A stretch of 64,000 nt of DNA from Sedimentisphaerales bacterium (GTDB lineage Bacteria; Planctomycetota; Phycisphaerae; Sedimentisphaerales; SM23-30): contig CAXXMR010000013.1 in the NCBI GenBank assembly GCA_963663805.2, positions 96,001 through 160,000 on the forward strand. The letters are read 5' to 3'. The translations under genes were made by a program, and so were the position numbers. Position 1 is the first letter of the stretch, and the number at the start of each line of letters is the position of its first letter. Under the pieces are notes generated by a model. The model saw nothing but the letters and a program-made list of their open reading frames with translations, ran no database searches and had not been told where the DNA came from. Positions 33,710 through 44,057 of this stretch are shown in pieces.

Positions 33710-34498
33710 TTAAGAACGCTCTTCAATCCTTTGGCTTATGTATTCGGCGATACGGCCACGGAATGCGTCGTCTGGAAGGGCGTGGACCATGTATTTCAAG
33801 TGCCCAAGTTCCGCTATATACCTAACGGAGAAGTCGAAGTGAAAGTCGTTCACCCAGGACATGTAAAGCAGAAACTCGTCATAGACCGTACTTAGTTCAG
33901 CAATTGGAACTGGCTTCCCAGCCAACAGCGCCGCCGCAGCAATGTGGCTGTAGGTAGGCGAGAATGACATCTCACTAAACCATCCCCTCTTGCGTCCCTC
34001 AACCTCAGAAGCATGGAATTCGATAGCGATTCGAATGATATCGATCTTGTCTGCATCTCTCAAAACTTCTGCTACTATCCTGGATTGTCCACCCAGTTCC
34101 GGGGCCAGCGCCAGCTGGTTATGATGTCTCACTGCGCTTTCTATAGCCTCCGAAGCCTGGGTTCCAAGATGGGCTATAACCCTTTTCTGCTGAAGTATCT
34201 TCACCCCAACATGAGCATGGTCGATGCTTCTCACATCCTCGTAGGTCTGATGTTCCACAATCTGCGGAAATCTGCCCAAGTCATGCAGTAGGGCCGCCGC
34301 ACGAACCTGAAGAGTCGTCTGATCATCCAGATGCAATCCTCTTGCTAGTTTCCTGACCAATGCATGCACCGCGAGAGTATGGGAGTACTTCATTCTCAAG
34401 TTTGCTTCAACATCATATTGGCCTTCAGTACGACGAATAAATTGCTGGAGATAAACCTCAAGAAACCGATCAATATTTACTATATCTGACTCTCTCAT
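33710..34498 (-). CDS. HD-domain phosphohydrolase
   Basis: KYSHT, LLHDLGRFPQ, DHA, HHN, LRDADKID; ATGA overlap with the upstream gene. Confidence 0.9.
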   Translation of the reverse strand: MRESDIVNIDRFLEVYLQQFIRRTEGQYDVEANLRMKYSHTLAVHALVRKLARGLHLDDQTTLQVRAAALLHDLGRFPQIVEHQTYEDVRSIDHAHVGVKILQQKRVIAHLGTQASEAIESAVRHHNQLALAPELGGQSRIVAEVLRDADKIDIIRIAIEFHASEVEGRKRGWFSEMSFSPTYSHIAAAALLAGKPVPIAELSTVYDEFLLYMSWVNDFHFDFSVRYIAELGHLKYMVHALPDDAFRGRIAEYISQRIEERS

Positions 34499-35298
34499 AA
34501 CGTGGAGCTTTTGAGTATGCATTGCAGCTTCGGCAAGCTTAGTTTTGGCACCCACACCCGCTCAACAACCGAGTTTCCACCGCATCTTTCTGCATAAGAC
34601 CTGACTCGACTTTCGGTCCGGGAGTCCATTTGGCTCCGATAGCATGAAAGTAAGGCGATTTTTTCCTCAATGGCGACGCCCGTCTCGATAATACACAATT
34701 CAAGTCCTTGTCCTGCCAGAGCTCCCAACTGTACGACATGTTCGTCAATTTCGGAAAGCGAAAAGTCAGCTGCATATGGAATATCCTCGTAGAACACCAC
34801 TGCGAAACCTTCAGAGAGTAATTCCAATGCAGCGTTTCGCACCACAAGGTGATCTATATGCTGCCCAAGAGCCATTGGTGCGAACAATAGGTCGCAACTG
34901 CCATACTCCACCTTCACCTTATCCACGACATGCCGCACCTCGTTTAAGTCTAGATACGAAAGGTCAAAACTGAACACTGCTTCGTCATGAATCTGAAGTC
35001 TCAGTGGCGCATCTTCCCTATCTAGCCAAGAGAGGGCCACGCCTGGGCCTACCGCAACTCCAAAACTTGCATCCTCGCCCTTTCTCATAGAAGTCACAAT
35101 ATAGGGGGAAGAAATTAAATCATCAGCTGTGTTATTTGTTACTGAGAACACGGTAACAATACGGACATACAAGGCAGAGTCCCTCCTTCGAAGGAATGCG
35201 CCAAGCGACAAGGCTATATCGTCGCTATGGGGAGACAACATCACAACATTAAAGAGAAACGGACGTTCCTTTTCTCCAGGCATTTTTGGTTGAGCCAT
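34495..35298 (-). CDS. PIG-L/LmbE-family N-acetyl-sugar deacetylase
   Basis: SPHSDD, RKGED, HIDH, YEDIPY, YRSQ; GAGG RBS. Confidence 0.9.
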   Translation of the reverse strand: MAQPKMPGEKERPFLFNVVMLSPHSDDIALSLGAFLRRRDSALYVRIVTVFSVTNNTADDLISSPYIVTSMRKGEDASFGVAVGPGVALSWLDREDAPLRLQIHDEAVFSFDLSYLDLNEVRHVVDKVKVEYGSCDLLFAPMALGQHIDHLVVRNAALELLSEGFAVVFYEDIPYAADFSLSEIDEHVVQLGALAGQGLELCIIETGVAIEEKIALLSCYRSQMDSRTESRVRSYAERCGGNSVVERVWVPKLSLPKLQCILKSSTL

Positions 35299-35327
35299 GT
35301 CCTCACTCCGCAACAGATTGCACTCCA

Positions 35328-35528
35328 CTTCACACCATGCATTGTACCTATAGCGGGTACTTCCGTTTGGGCTAAAACATGAGGAATCCTGCACACACAG
35401 AGAGCTTAATATCAGACAATGTCGCAATCATGGGAAATTGTTCTGGTTTCAAGAAAGATCATTACCTCAACACCTATCGCTGAAAGCTCTCGGACCATAT
35501 AGCGTTGGTACAAACGAAGGCTGAGGGG
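35328..35528 (-). pseudogene. N-terminal remnant of a GT4 glycosyltransferase paralog
   Basis: Manual translation PLSLRLY...IGVEVMIFLETRTISHDCDIV*Y*ALCVCRIPHVL...GTMHGVK aligns without gaps to the N-terminus of 37410-38444. Confidence 0.8.
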
Positions 35529-35533
35529 GGTGC

Positions 35534-36325
35534 TTAGCTGGAAGTAGGGATTGCAGCCTCTTTTCTCGGTAATACTGAATTACCATACAGAGCTAAATTT
35601 GGTTTCACAATCCTGTAATGATCGTATGCTTCTCTCCAGCTTTCCGATACTTCATCATCCGTTCGGATCTTAAGATGCCGGCCCTTGTAGTGTCCGCAAA
35701 TTTTACACAGTGTTTTTCGCTGCGTATATAAACTTTCTCGAGAAACACAGGAGAGTGATGGGAGGCCCAACCCGTAACCGAAAACCCGATCAATGCTAGC
35801 GCCAGCACCACAGAGATAGTAACCATATCGATTTAATCCTAGGCCGCACTCTGAAACAATTCTACACCCACGTGTAAAGGCGTCGTCTTTATAAGCGGCA
35901 TCGTCTATTGGAGCCAGATTGTAGCCGTTGAAAGGTATAGTGTTCACAGACTCCTTCATCGTGTTGTCGATTGTCACGAATTCTGGTACAGCTGCAAGCA
36001 TTTTATTTACATGGGTACCATAACCATTGCTGACTAATATAACCGTGCAGTCAGGATTGAACGCTATATAATCTCGCAAGGGCTCAATGATATCAGGAAA
36101 TTCAGGGTGAAGCGTCGGTTCACCACCCAAGACTTCGATCTCATACCAAAGCCAACCAAGATTGATCGATTCTTGTACAAAAAGGTTTACTTGCTCAATA
36201 CTCATTCCTTCATTACTAACTGCTTGGGGAGAGGAACGATCGCACTGTCTACACTGTAGATTGCATCCTGTAAAAATCTCTATCTCGATCCGATTTATAT
36301 TTTGCAAGTATTGGCCATGCTTCAT
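35534..36325 (-). CDS. Radical SAM protein (short, with C-terminal Cys cluster)
   Basis: CNLQCRQC, LGGEP, SNG; C-terminal Cys residues including CKIC. Confidence 0.9.
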   Translation of the reverse strand: MKHGQYLQNINRIEIEIFTGCNLQCRQCDRSSPQAVSNEGMSIEQVNLFVQESINLGWLWYEIEVLGGEPTLHPEFPDIIEPLRDYIAFNPDCTVILVSNGYGTHVNKMLAAVPEFVTIDNTMKESVNTIPFNGYNLAPIDDAAYKDDAFTRGCRIVSECGLGLNRYGYYLCGAGASIDRVFGYGLGLPSLSCVSRESLYTQRKTLCKICGHYKGRHLKIRTDDEVSESWREAYDHYRIVKPNLALYGNSVLPRKEAAIPTSS

Positions 36326-36336
36326 GGTTACTCCAG

Positions 36337-37371
36337 TTATTCATGCATATGGACACCCGTTTCTTCTTGCTGCATCACAATGTAATTAGCCCATACCGAT
36401 CGGCCGAACCGACACTTATTACAGTGCGTAGGCATTTGTTTAGCAACGTCAAGCATAGACTTGATTAGCGAAGATACATCCGTTGTATAGATATCTCCAA
36501 TACGCGCACCGTGATTATAGTTATTACAGGTAAAAAGAAAACCATCTGGTTGTACACCTGGAACACAAAAAACAGTTCTTGCTCGTGCATTGTAAGGAAG
36601 GTGTCGTGGATGCCAACGCTGGTAGTTATCAGACTGGCGATCTAGCCAGAAGATAGTTGCGAATCTTCTCAGACCGTCCATGTATTTGCATGCCTCAGCC
36701 ATACCTGTATTCACGGAAATACAACTTTGGAGGCCAATACTACTTCGTTCTATACCAAAGTTTTCCTTAATGTAATCTGCCATTACAAGCAATTGCTTCT
36801 CATATTCAGGATAGTAACGTGCATTCACGCGGATGTTATTGTTCATTCCGCAGGCGGAGAGTCCTTCGATCGATTTAAGAACCTTAGTGAAATAGCCCTT
36901 CTTTCCTCGAAGTTTATCACAAATTGGTTCATCACCATCAATGGAGAATTCTATTATAAAATTATCTCTATACTTGGCGGCCTTTGCCATTTTGAGAATA
37001 CATTCAGGATTCTGACCATTGGTGACGACCTCAAGCCTGATTCCTGGAAACACCGAAGTGAGATTATCCACAAGTTCTACGCTTTGTGCGAAGTCTGTAA
37101 TTTCTCCACCAAATAGCCCAAAAGACTGAACTCGAAGAACGGAGGTGTATGCTTCGAGAAATGGAATGAGTGCTCCGATATCGAGCACTTGTCGACAACT
37201 CTCAGCATAATCGGCACGATGTTTTTGGTAACAATCGGCGCAATTGGAGCTACAGCAAACATAGGAGGGAATGATGTCCAGATGATTAAGCTCCATGATT
37301 GGGAGTAAATCAGGTTCTTTCATCTCTGCATGCTTATCACTAAGTGAGGTATCTCTATTTGGAGAGGTCAT
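36337..37371 (-). CDS. Radical SAM protein with twitch/SPASM-like C-terminus
   Basis: CSSNCADC, FGGE, TNG, SIDG...DKLRG; C-terminal C...PDG..FTC...IGDI...CNKC. Confidence 0.87.
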   Translation of the reverse strand: MTSPNRDTSLSDKHAEMKEPDLLPIMELNHLDIIPSYVCCSSNCADCYQKHRADYAESCRQVLDIGALIPFLEAYTSVLRVQSFGLFGGEITDFAQSVELVDNLTSVFPGIRLEVVTNGQNPECILKMAKAAKYRDNFIIEFSIDGDEPICDKLRGKKGYFTKVLKSIEGLSACGMNNNIRVNARYYPEYEKQLLVMADYIKENFGIERSSIGLQSCISVNTGMAEACKYMDGLRRFATIFWLDRQSDNYQRWHPRHLPYNARARTVFCVPGVQPDGFLFTCNNYNHGARIGDIYTTDVSSLIKSMLDVAKQMPTHCNKCRFGRSVWANYIVMQQEETGVHMHE

Positions 37372-37409
37372 ATTTAACTCTATTTCTTACATTTGTATTC
37401 TATTGAAGT

Positions 37410-38444
37410 TCACGGATGTGCATTTAACTCACCACAGTCCTTACACGAGTTGTGAGTGAGTTTTCGAAGTACCGTAATTAGTCCATTCACATGCCTCTCC
37501 CAGGAAAAATTTCTTGCCCGTATGTATCCTGCTTGCCGCAGATGTTCTCGTAGACGGTCATCCTTCACGACGCGAATCATAGCATCTTGAATACTTATAG
37601 TGGACCTGGGATCAACAAGGACGGCTGCTTCACCACCAACTTCCGCGCATCCTGTCGAACACGATGTAATCACAGGACAGCCACATGCCATCGCTTCTAT
37701 TATCGGTAATCCAAAGGTTTCTCTTAGCGAGGGAAAGATAAGGGCGTGTGCCCCCCGATACCAGCAAGACAGCGTATTTTGATCGAGACAAGATGCTATT
37801 AAGTGTACACCAGGAATGGAAATTGAGGTTGTTGTTTCCGGTTGGGTAATGACAAGATCACAGTAGTGCGATAAATTGCTATTCGAATAGGCAGTTATGA
37901 TGCGATTAATATTCTTTATGGGATTGGGAGAAGCCGACACATGAAAAAGATAGGGCCTCGGATGAGGCGTAACAGTTCCGTGCGGGTTAAATACTTGTGT
38001 GTCGACTCCGAGGTGGAGAACATGGACCTGTCTGGGATTAATGGCGAAGGCCTTAAGGGCTTCCTTTGCAACATATTCGGAGACAGCTATAAACTTGATG
38101 TTAAGAGAGACAAACCATTTCCAGTCGCTCTTAACATCGTCGTGTAACTCCCGAAGATATTCCTCTGGCTCTTCAGCAGACACTATTTCCTTCATTGGCA
38201 GTGCAAAGGTCTTAAAACCATGAATTGTGGCCATGATAGGCCGATTATAACTTCGTAACACTCTAGGGAGTCGACGCATACAGACACCAGGGTCCCACAC
38301 TATGTCGCACTCAGGCGGAATTGGCTCCGATTCCATAAAGGAACTAGTTTTGACACCTGAAGCAGCTAAATGGCATAGGCAGTTATCTACATATACTCGT
38401 AAACTGCATGGATCATCCAACCGGTTAAGGACGCCTAGTCTCAT
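37410..38444 (-). CDS. GT4 glycosyltransferase
   Basis: FPSLRETFGLPIIEAMACGCPVI, FSWE. Confidence 0.93.
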   Translation of the reverse strand: MRLGVLNRLDDPCSLRVYVDNCLCHLAASGVKTSSFMESEPIPPECDIVWDPGVCMRRLPRVLRSYNRPIMATIHGFKTFALPMKEIVSAEEPEEYLRELHDDVKSDWKWFVSLNIKFIAVSEYVAKEALKAFAINPRQVHVLHLGVDTQVFNPHGTVTPHPRPYLFHVSASPNPIKNINRIITAYSNSNLSHYCDLVITQPETTTSISIPGVHLIASCLDQNTLSCWYRGAHALIFPSLRETFGLPIIEAMACGCPVITSCSTGCAEVGGEAAVLVDPRSTISIQDAMIRVVKDDRLREHLRQAGYIRARNFSWERHVNGLITVLRKLTHNSCKDCGELNAHP

Positions 38445-39196
38445 ACCCGATCAACTCCTTTTTTACTAAGTGTTTCAGCCCGAAAGGAATCTCTTGGCTC
38501 ATATCCTAGCAGTTTTGAAGCAGCCGTTACATCAAAACGTGGCGGTTGTCGATTCTGACGACTAACGACGTAGATGACCTGAAAGCCAATAAAGGGCTTC
38601 TGTGTACAGCAAGAGAAAAACCGACAAAGATCACCTTCACTTAAATAGGTCGACCATAACATGGGCTGACTTGTTAACTCCTTCAATTCCTTCTCACTCT
38701 TCGGTATCCAACCCAACCTCGCTGCAATACAATTGATATCATGCATCCGATAGTACATGTTGCCTATATCTTCAGCAGTAACCTTAAGCAAGCCATAATC
38801 ATTTGTGGGACATTTCTGGCTTGTACTCCAGGTGTTCACGCAATTGGAAAATATGTCGACTACCTGTACACTGCTTGCTAACACTACGTTGTTAATCCCT
38901 TCAAGACGCATTGCTTCGAAAACATTGCGTACTCCGACGAGATTAGCTTCTATCAGATCGCTGAATGTTGCTTCATCATCGCTAACGCCCCCAAGATGTA
39001 TTACCAACCTTACGCCTGCAACAGCCCTTTTAACTAAGGCAAGATCTCTTAAGTTCCCGTGTATAAATTCGTCAACAAAATCGTCTTTTCGTTCTTGATC
39101 TATACCTCTAATTCTGACACCTTCAGCTCGAAGGTGCGGTGTTATGATTTGTCCAATGTGACCAGATGAACCTGTAACTAGAACTAAGGGCTTCAT
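38441..39196 (-). CDS. NAD-dependent epimerase/dehydrogenase (extended SDR, uronate-dehydrogenase-like)
   Basis: TGSSGHIG, ASS, YGLLK. Confidence 0.9.
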   Translation of the reverse strand: MKPLVLVTGSSGHIGQIITPHLRAEGVRIRGIDQERKDDFVDEFIHGNLRDLALVKRAVAGVRLVIHLGGVSDDEATFSDLIEANLVGVRNVFEAMRLEGINNVVLASSVQVVDIFSNCVNTWSTSQKCPTNDYGLLKVTAEDIGNMYYRMHDINCIAARLGWIPKSEKELKELTSQPMLWSTYLSEGDLCRFFSCCTQKPFIGFQVIYVVSRQNRQPPRFDVTAASKLLGYEPRDSFRAETLSKKGVDRV

Positions 39197-39218
39197 GAAA
39201 CATCCTTCACATTGTATA

Positions 39219-40244
39219 TCAACTCACAGTGGGCTCTTCGCCGATCAGCGAGATTAGTACTGCTCGTGTAACCGGCGTTGTTGTTGGCCAATGGGACAAT
39301 AAAACCCTAAAGCTCTCATCGCGACGCACTTTCAATTCCTTAGCATCATGAATCGGAAATAGAGCCCCCATAAGACAATAAAAAGCATGTCGCGCAGTAT
39401 ACTTATCTAGTACTAGTTCAAGGTTACCTGCTATTTCAGGTATTGTTTCATAATTACTATGGTGTATTGAATCAATGAGTTTACTCAGATGCTTAAGAGC
39501 CACCCATCGTTTCTCGAATTGTTGGTACGAATCATCTTTGAGGGTATCCTGCCGGAAATCAAGCGCTATTCGGGTAACAGCCATTCGGCGGCGCATATAT
39601 TCAATCGCCTCGCTCCTTACATTCAACCATTGTTGTTTCCTATGCACTCGTTTGCCAACTGTCACACTTGCTGAGCGCAGTATAGGTTTGAGTACAGCAG
39701 CCTTAAGAAATAGGAGGATGTCTCCCATGCCCGTCCCCTCGACTTGCCAGTGACCTGCCGAGGTTAGAAAGTCACGCCTAAAGAGGGCAACGGACGGCCC
39801 TTCTATTCCCATCGTGAAGGGGAATCGCTCCCAAGGGTCAAAAGGACCGATAGGCTGGGGCATCGGAGAGTAGGAAGGCGTTGTTCCTGAAAAGCAGTCG
39901 GCAGAGGCTACAACGCAATTCACGTTCGGGTTGCTTGTGCAAATGCCGCTCAACATCTTAAGGTGAAACGGATGCCAGAGGTCATCCTGGTCGAGGAAGG
40001 CAAGAAGAGGTGAACATGAGTTTTCAATCCCAACGTTGCGAGCGTGCGATGACCCTTTCCCTTTGTTGACTAAAATTGTCGTTGCGGGGAAACGCTCGGA
40101 AACGATCCCAGGCGAGTTGTCAGTTGAGCCATCATCAACAACAATAACCTCTGTTGGAGGCTGCTCCTGCGAGTAAACGCTATTGAGTGCCTCCTCAATC
40201 CAGTCGGCACCGTTGAACAGAGGTATTATGACCGCTACATCCAT
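39219..40244 (-). CDS. GT2 glycosyltransferase
   Basis: IIPLFN, VDDGSTD, ARNVG, FLDQDD. Confidence 0.93.
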   Translation of the reverse strand: MDVAVIIPLFNGADWIEEALNSVYSQEQPPTEVIVVDDGSTDNSPGIVSERFPATTILVNKGKGSSHARNVGIENSCSPLLAFLDQDDLWHPFHLKMLSGICTSNPNVNCVVASADCFSGTTPSYSPMPQPIGPFDPWERFPFTMGIEGPSVALFRRDFLTSAGHWQVEGTGMGDILLFLKAAVLKPILRSASVTVGKRVHRKQQWLNVRSEAIEYMRRRMAVTRIALDFRQDTLKDDSYQQFEKRWVALKHLSKLIDSIHHSNYETIPEIAGNLELVLDKYTARHAFYCLMGALFPIHDAKELKVRRDESFRVLLSHWPTTTPVTRAVLISLIGEEPTVS

Positions 40245-41413
40245 GCGCAGTCCTTCCCATCTAAAACAGGCTCAGAAGCAGAAAGTGTTCTGGCGCCGAA
40301 GAAGGAGCGAATTTTACTCGCGACATGTTCGATCTGCCCCTCCGACATCGAGGGAAAAAGAGGTATAGTCATAATCTCCGATGCAACAGCCTCTGTTACC
40401 GGAAGTGACCTGCGATACTGTGCGAATGCCGGTTGCAAATGATTAGGTGGATAATGAACCGCTGTCTGAATTCCAGCCTGTAGAAGGTGGTGACGCAGAT
40501 CATCTCTCAGACCATTCTTGACGCGTAACATGAACGCAAACGGGATAACGGTGGTGAGGTCCCATACTGGGAGCTGGATTGCATCGATTTGCTCAAGCAT
40601 GGCGTGGTACCTCAGCGCAACCCTCCTTCGTTTCTCGCCAAGCTCGGGGAATCTGGATATCTGTGTTATCCCGATCGCGGCATTGATGTTGCTCATGTGG
40701 TATCGGAAGCCCTGAGTTGTTACAGCGTACCCATGTCCCCAGCCTTCCTGACATCTCTTCCATCCGTCGCGGTCTATTCCCACCATCCGTTTCCTAGACA
40801 TTTTCTCCGCGAGTTCCGGATCGGACAGCACAATTGCGCCACCTTCACCGCAAGTGATGTTCTTGATTGGGTCGAAGCTAAAACATGTGATGTCACCAAA
40901 ACTGCCGATGAGAGCACCCTTATAAGAGCACCCGAAAGCATGGGCAGCATCCTCCACGATCGCAATTCCATGATCCCGAACGATCTCCTGGAGCGAGGTC
41001 ATATCGCAAACAGTGCTGCAGAAATGCACGGGCATGATGGCACGTGTCTTCCGATTTAGACATCTGCGCACATCGGAAATATCCACAGTGAGCGTCTGGT
41101 TTGATATTTCACAGAAGACTGGTGTGGCTCCCAGCTGTGTAACAACTTGAGGGCAGCTACAGAACGTAAGTGAGGGAAGTATGACTTCGTCACCAGGCTT
41201 CACACCAAGAGCCTCAAGGGCAAGATGTAGGGCTGCAGTGCCTGTACTAACCGCAACCACTTGGCGCCCCCCCAGCATGTTCGATAGTTCCGCTTCAAAG
41301 TTCATCACTGCGGCCCCGTGACCAAGCCATCCCGTGGTAAGAACCTCCTGCACAGCATGGAGTTCACGTTGCCCCACTTCTGGTCTAGAAACAGGCATTA
41401 AAGCGGTCGACAT
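40235..41413 (-). CDS. DegT/DnrJ/EryC1/StrS PLP-dependent sugar aminotransferase
   Basis: STGTAALHLAL, EDAAHAFG, FSFDPIKNITCGEGG. Confidence 0.95.
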   Translation of the reverse strand: MSTALMPVSRPEVGQRELHAVQEVLTTGWLGHGAAVMNFEAELSNMLGGRQVVAVSTGTAALHLALEALGVKPGDEVILPSLTFCSCPQVVTQLGATPVFCEISNQTLTVDISDVRRCLNRKTRAIMPVHFCSTVCDMTSLQEIVRDHGIAIVEDAAHAFGCSYKGALIGSFGDITCFSFDPIKNITCGEGGAIVLSDPELAEKMSRKRMVGIDRDGWKRCQEGWGHGYAVTTQGFRYHMSNINAAIGITQISRFPELGEKRRRVALRYHAMLEQIDAIQLPVWDLTTVIPFAFMLRVKNGLRDDLRHHLLQAGIQTAVHYPPNHLQPAFAQYRRSLPVTEAVASEIMTIPLFPSMSEGQIEHVASKIRSFFGARTLSASEPVLDGKDCAWM

Positions 41414-42528
41414 GGCAATTCCTCCAATACACTAATGACAGATTCAATGATACAATCCAACGATTCATCAGATAGAAATGAGTGAAGAGGAAGGCTCAAT
41501 ACCTCGGCACTCCAGCGGCTTGCAGCAGGAAATCCGTCGTCTGGAAGATTCCCCATAACGGCCTGCCGGTGAACCGGAGAAGGATAGTGTATCATGGTTT
41601 CTACGCCCGAATTTCGTAGATGGTCACGAAATTGGTCGCGGCTGGGAACCAGGACCGGAAATAGATGGTACACGTGTTCCTCCTTAGTGTGGCTGGCGGG
41701 CAAAATGTCACTTGGTAACTCCTTGCGATATCTATCTGCAAGAGCGCGTCGACGGGCCAACCACCCCTGCAAGTGCGGGAGTTTTGCACGCAATACCGCG
41801 GCCTGAATTTCATCCAGCCGGCTATTGACTCCTCTCTCAGTGTGCTCGTTCTGTCGTGCCTGACCGTAGTTTCTCAGGGAACGTATCTTCCTAGCCAAGT
41901 CTTCATCCTGGCATAACACTGCGCCTCCGTCACCATATGCGCCAAGATTCTTTGTTGGGTAAAACGATAATGCTCCCAGAACCCCAAAAGAGCCAACGAT
42001 ACGCCCAGAATGTCGAGCACCGATGGCTTGTGCGCAATCTTCGACAACCCACAGATCGTTCTCAGAAGCAATCTTTCCAATAGCCGTCATGTCGCAACTG
42101 CGTCCGTAAAGATGTACCGGCACAATGCCACGGGTCCGAGATGTCAGAGCATTCTCAATTCCACTGGCATCCAAAAGCCCTGTGGCTGGATTGATGTCTA
42201 TGGGTATTGGAACCGCACACACTTGCTGAATCGCGGCAATTGTTGGTAAAGCGGTAATATCGGTCGTGACGATTTCATCGCCAGGACTAACTCCCAATGC
42301 CAGGAAAGCTAATGCAAGCGCATCTGTCCCGTTTCCGACGCCGACAACATATTCTACACCAAGCCAATCTGCCAGTTCTTCCTCAAATGCCGTTAGTTCT
42401 CGTCCCATGATATATTGACCGCTGTTCACGACACGCATGACAGCAGATTCGACCTCATTCCGGATTTCAGCATGTGCAGCCGTGAAATCAGAAAAAGGCA
42501 CGATCGCTCGTGATCCTTTTGAATTCAT
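41398..42528 (-). CDS. DegT-family aminotransferase (FdtB/QdtB-like)
   Basis: GNGTDAL, PVHLYG, EDCAQA, SFYPTKNLGAYGDGG, NSRLDEIQAA; start codon uncertain. Confidence 0.93.
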   Translation of the reverse strand: MNSKGSRAIVPFSDFTAAHAEIRNEVESAVMRVVNSGQYIMGRELTAFEEELADWLGVEYVVGVGNGTDALALAFLALGVSPGDEIVTTDITALPTIAAIQQVCAVPIPIDINPATGLLDASGIENALTSRTRGIVPVHLYGRSCDMTAIGKIASENDLWVVEDCAQAIGARHSGRIVGSFGVLGALSFYPTKNLGAYGDGGAVLCQDEDLARKIRSLRNYGQARQNEHTERGVNSRLDEIQAAVLRAKLPHLQGWLARRRALADRYRKELPSDILPASHTKEEHVYHLFPVLVPSRDQFRDHLRNSGVETMIHYPSPVHRQAVMGNLPDDGFPAASRWSAEVLSLPLHSFLSDESLDCIIESVISVLEELPCRPL

Positions 42529-42970
42529 CGTAGTCTCGTATATAGTCTCGTTCATCATAGGGCGCACTAGCGAGTACCAAAATTACACAGTCTTGTGACA
42601 TGAATTCCATAGTGTGCCAAACGGCTCTACCTATCCATACTCCTTCAGAACCAGCAGACAGCATAAGCGATTGACGCTCTCTGCCATCCTCCAAGGATAG
42701 GATGAAGTGACCAAATAGGCAGAACAATGCTTGATCTAGATTCCTGTGGGCATGTTTTCCGCGAACAGATTGCTGCTCATTGAATCCATTGATGAAGTAC
42801 ACTCTCTTTATACCAAATGGCACCTCTATTCCTGACGTCAGGATAGAAAGGCAACCGTCATTGCCATCTTGTATGCGCTGGGCCTGGATATAACGGCAGC
42901 GCTCAACACATAATTCGGGCAGAGATATTTCGGATATTATTGAGCATCTACTACGGGTATGCATGACCAT
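42488..42970 (-). CDS. NDP-4-keto-6-deoxysugar 3,4-ketoisomerase (FdtA/QdtA/WxcM-like cupin)
   Basis: VPFGIKRVYF, RGKHAH, VWHTM, VLASAPYDERDYIRDYDEF. Confidence 0.92.
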   Translation of the reverse strand: MVMHTRSRCSIISEISLPELCVERCRYIQAQRIQDGNDGCLSILTSGIEVPFGIKRVYFINGFNEQQSVRGKHAHRNLDQALFCLFGHFILSLEDGRERQSLMLSAGSEGVWIGRAVWHTMEFMSQDCVILVLASAPYDERDYIRDYDEFKRITSDRAFF

Positions 42971-43012
42971 TTCCTTGTAATACGTTTGATTGGAGTATTA
43001 TATAGTTGCAAC

Positions 43013-44057
43013 CACTACTGTCCCGTTAAAAGTCGAATAATAACAACTGTTTATGTAAATCATCCTTTGGGAAGTTGTATAAATGTTCCGAAAACAGGGT
43101 TTTCAGGTCTGTTTTCTCGAAAAGCGTTATGCCCAAAACATGGAGAATTTCGTACATGCCGGCTTTGAGATCAAGTTGTTTTTTCAGGATGGCAATCAGC
43201 ACATATACGCTGATAGCGATCCACACCTGGGTCTTTACGGCATTGGGGGTGATACCGTAAAAGCTCTTGATACGTAAGTGCTGCTTGATCCATTTGAAAA
43301 ACAGTTCGACCTGCCAGCGCAACTGATAAAGCCGAGCGATGGTGGCTGGCGAGAAGGTAAAATTGTTGGTCAGAAAGAAGAAGCGTTTTTGCAGTTCGAC
43401 ATCGACATAATGGATTCGCCGCAGAGGTTCGGGATAAAAAACCGAGCTTTTCGGTCCGGTCAGGCGGATGGTTTGATCGCTGCGCAGGCCATGGTTTTTG
43501 TTCACCGGCCTTGATTCCAGACGGGTGAAAGCCAGATTGTTTTTGGCTCGAATAACAAAAAAGGATTGCTGTTGATGAATATGGTACAGTCGCCGAAAAT
43601 CGATATCGCCTTTGTCCATGATATAGAAGGCACCGGCCTCGAACACGACGTAGTCGAGGAAATGGATATCGTGCACCTGGCCGCCTGTAATGCGTATAAA
43701 CGTGGGAATCTGCCCCCTGAGATCGAGTTGAGTATGTATCTTGACAGCACTTTTGTGAAGACGATGCTGAGCCCAGGGAAACAGAGTCAGGCACAAATCT
43801 ACCACGGTGGAATCCAATGCGTAAACCGCCCGCTTGAGATTGCGAGCCAGAGTTTGATGAGCGTAGAGTGTGCGGGCCTGGTCTATCAGAATCAGGGCAA
43901 TGTCGCGATAGATTTTCCAGTCTCGCAGCTCGTTGGCTTTGGCCAGTGTGTTCCGCGAAACTCTGGCTTTCATTCCGGCGTGATAAAGTTTGGGCCCCAA
44001 AGCCCGCAGGCAGGTTTCGATATCCCTGAGACTTTCCCGGCCGGTCAGCTGGGCGAA
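43013..44057 (-). mobile_element. IS4-family (DUF4372-type) transposase, 5'-truncated, right TIR present
   Basis: FAQLTGRESLRDIE, LDST, MDKG, RWQVELFFKWIKQHLRIK; end CACTACTGTCCCGTTAA at 43013. Confidence 0.9.

Noticed and set aside
37410..42970. Standard O-antigen or capsule locus
   Set aside because: No wzx/wzy/wzm/wzt, rml genes or initiating transferase in the window; not fully excluded for the sugar half.
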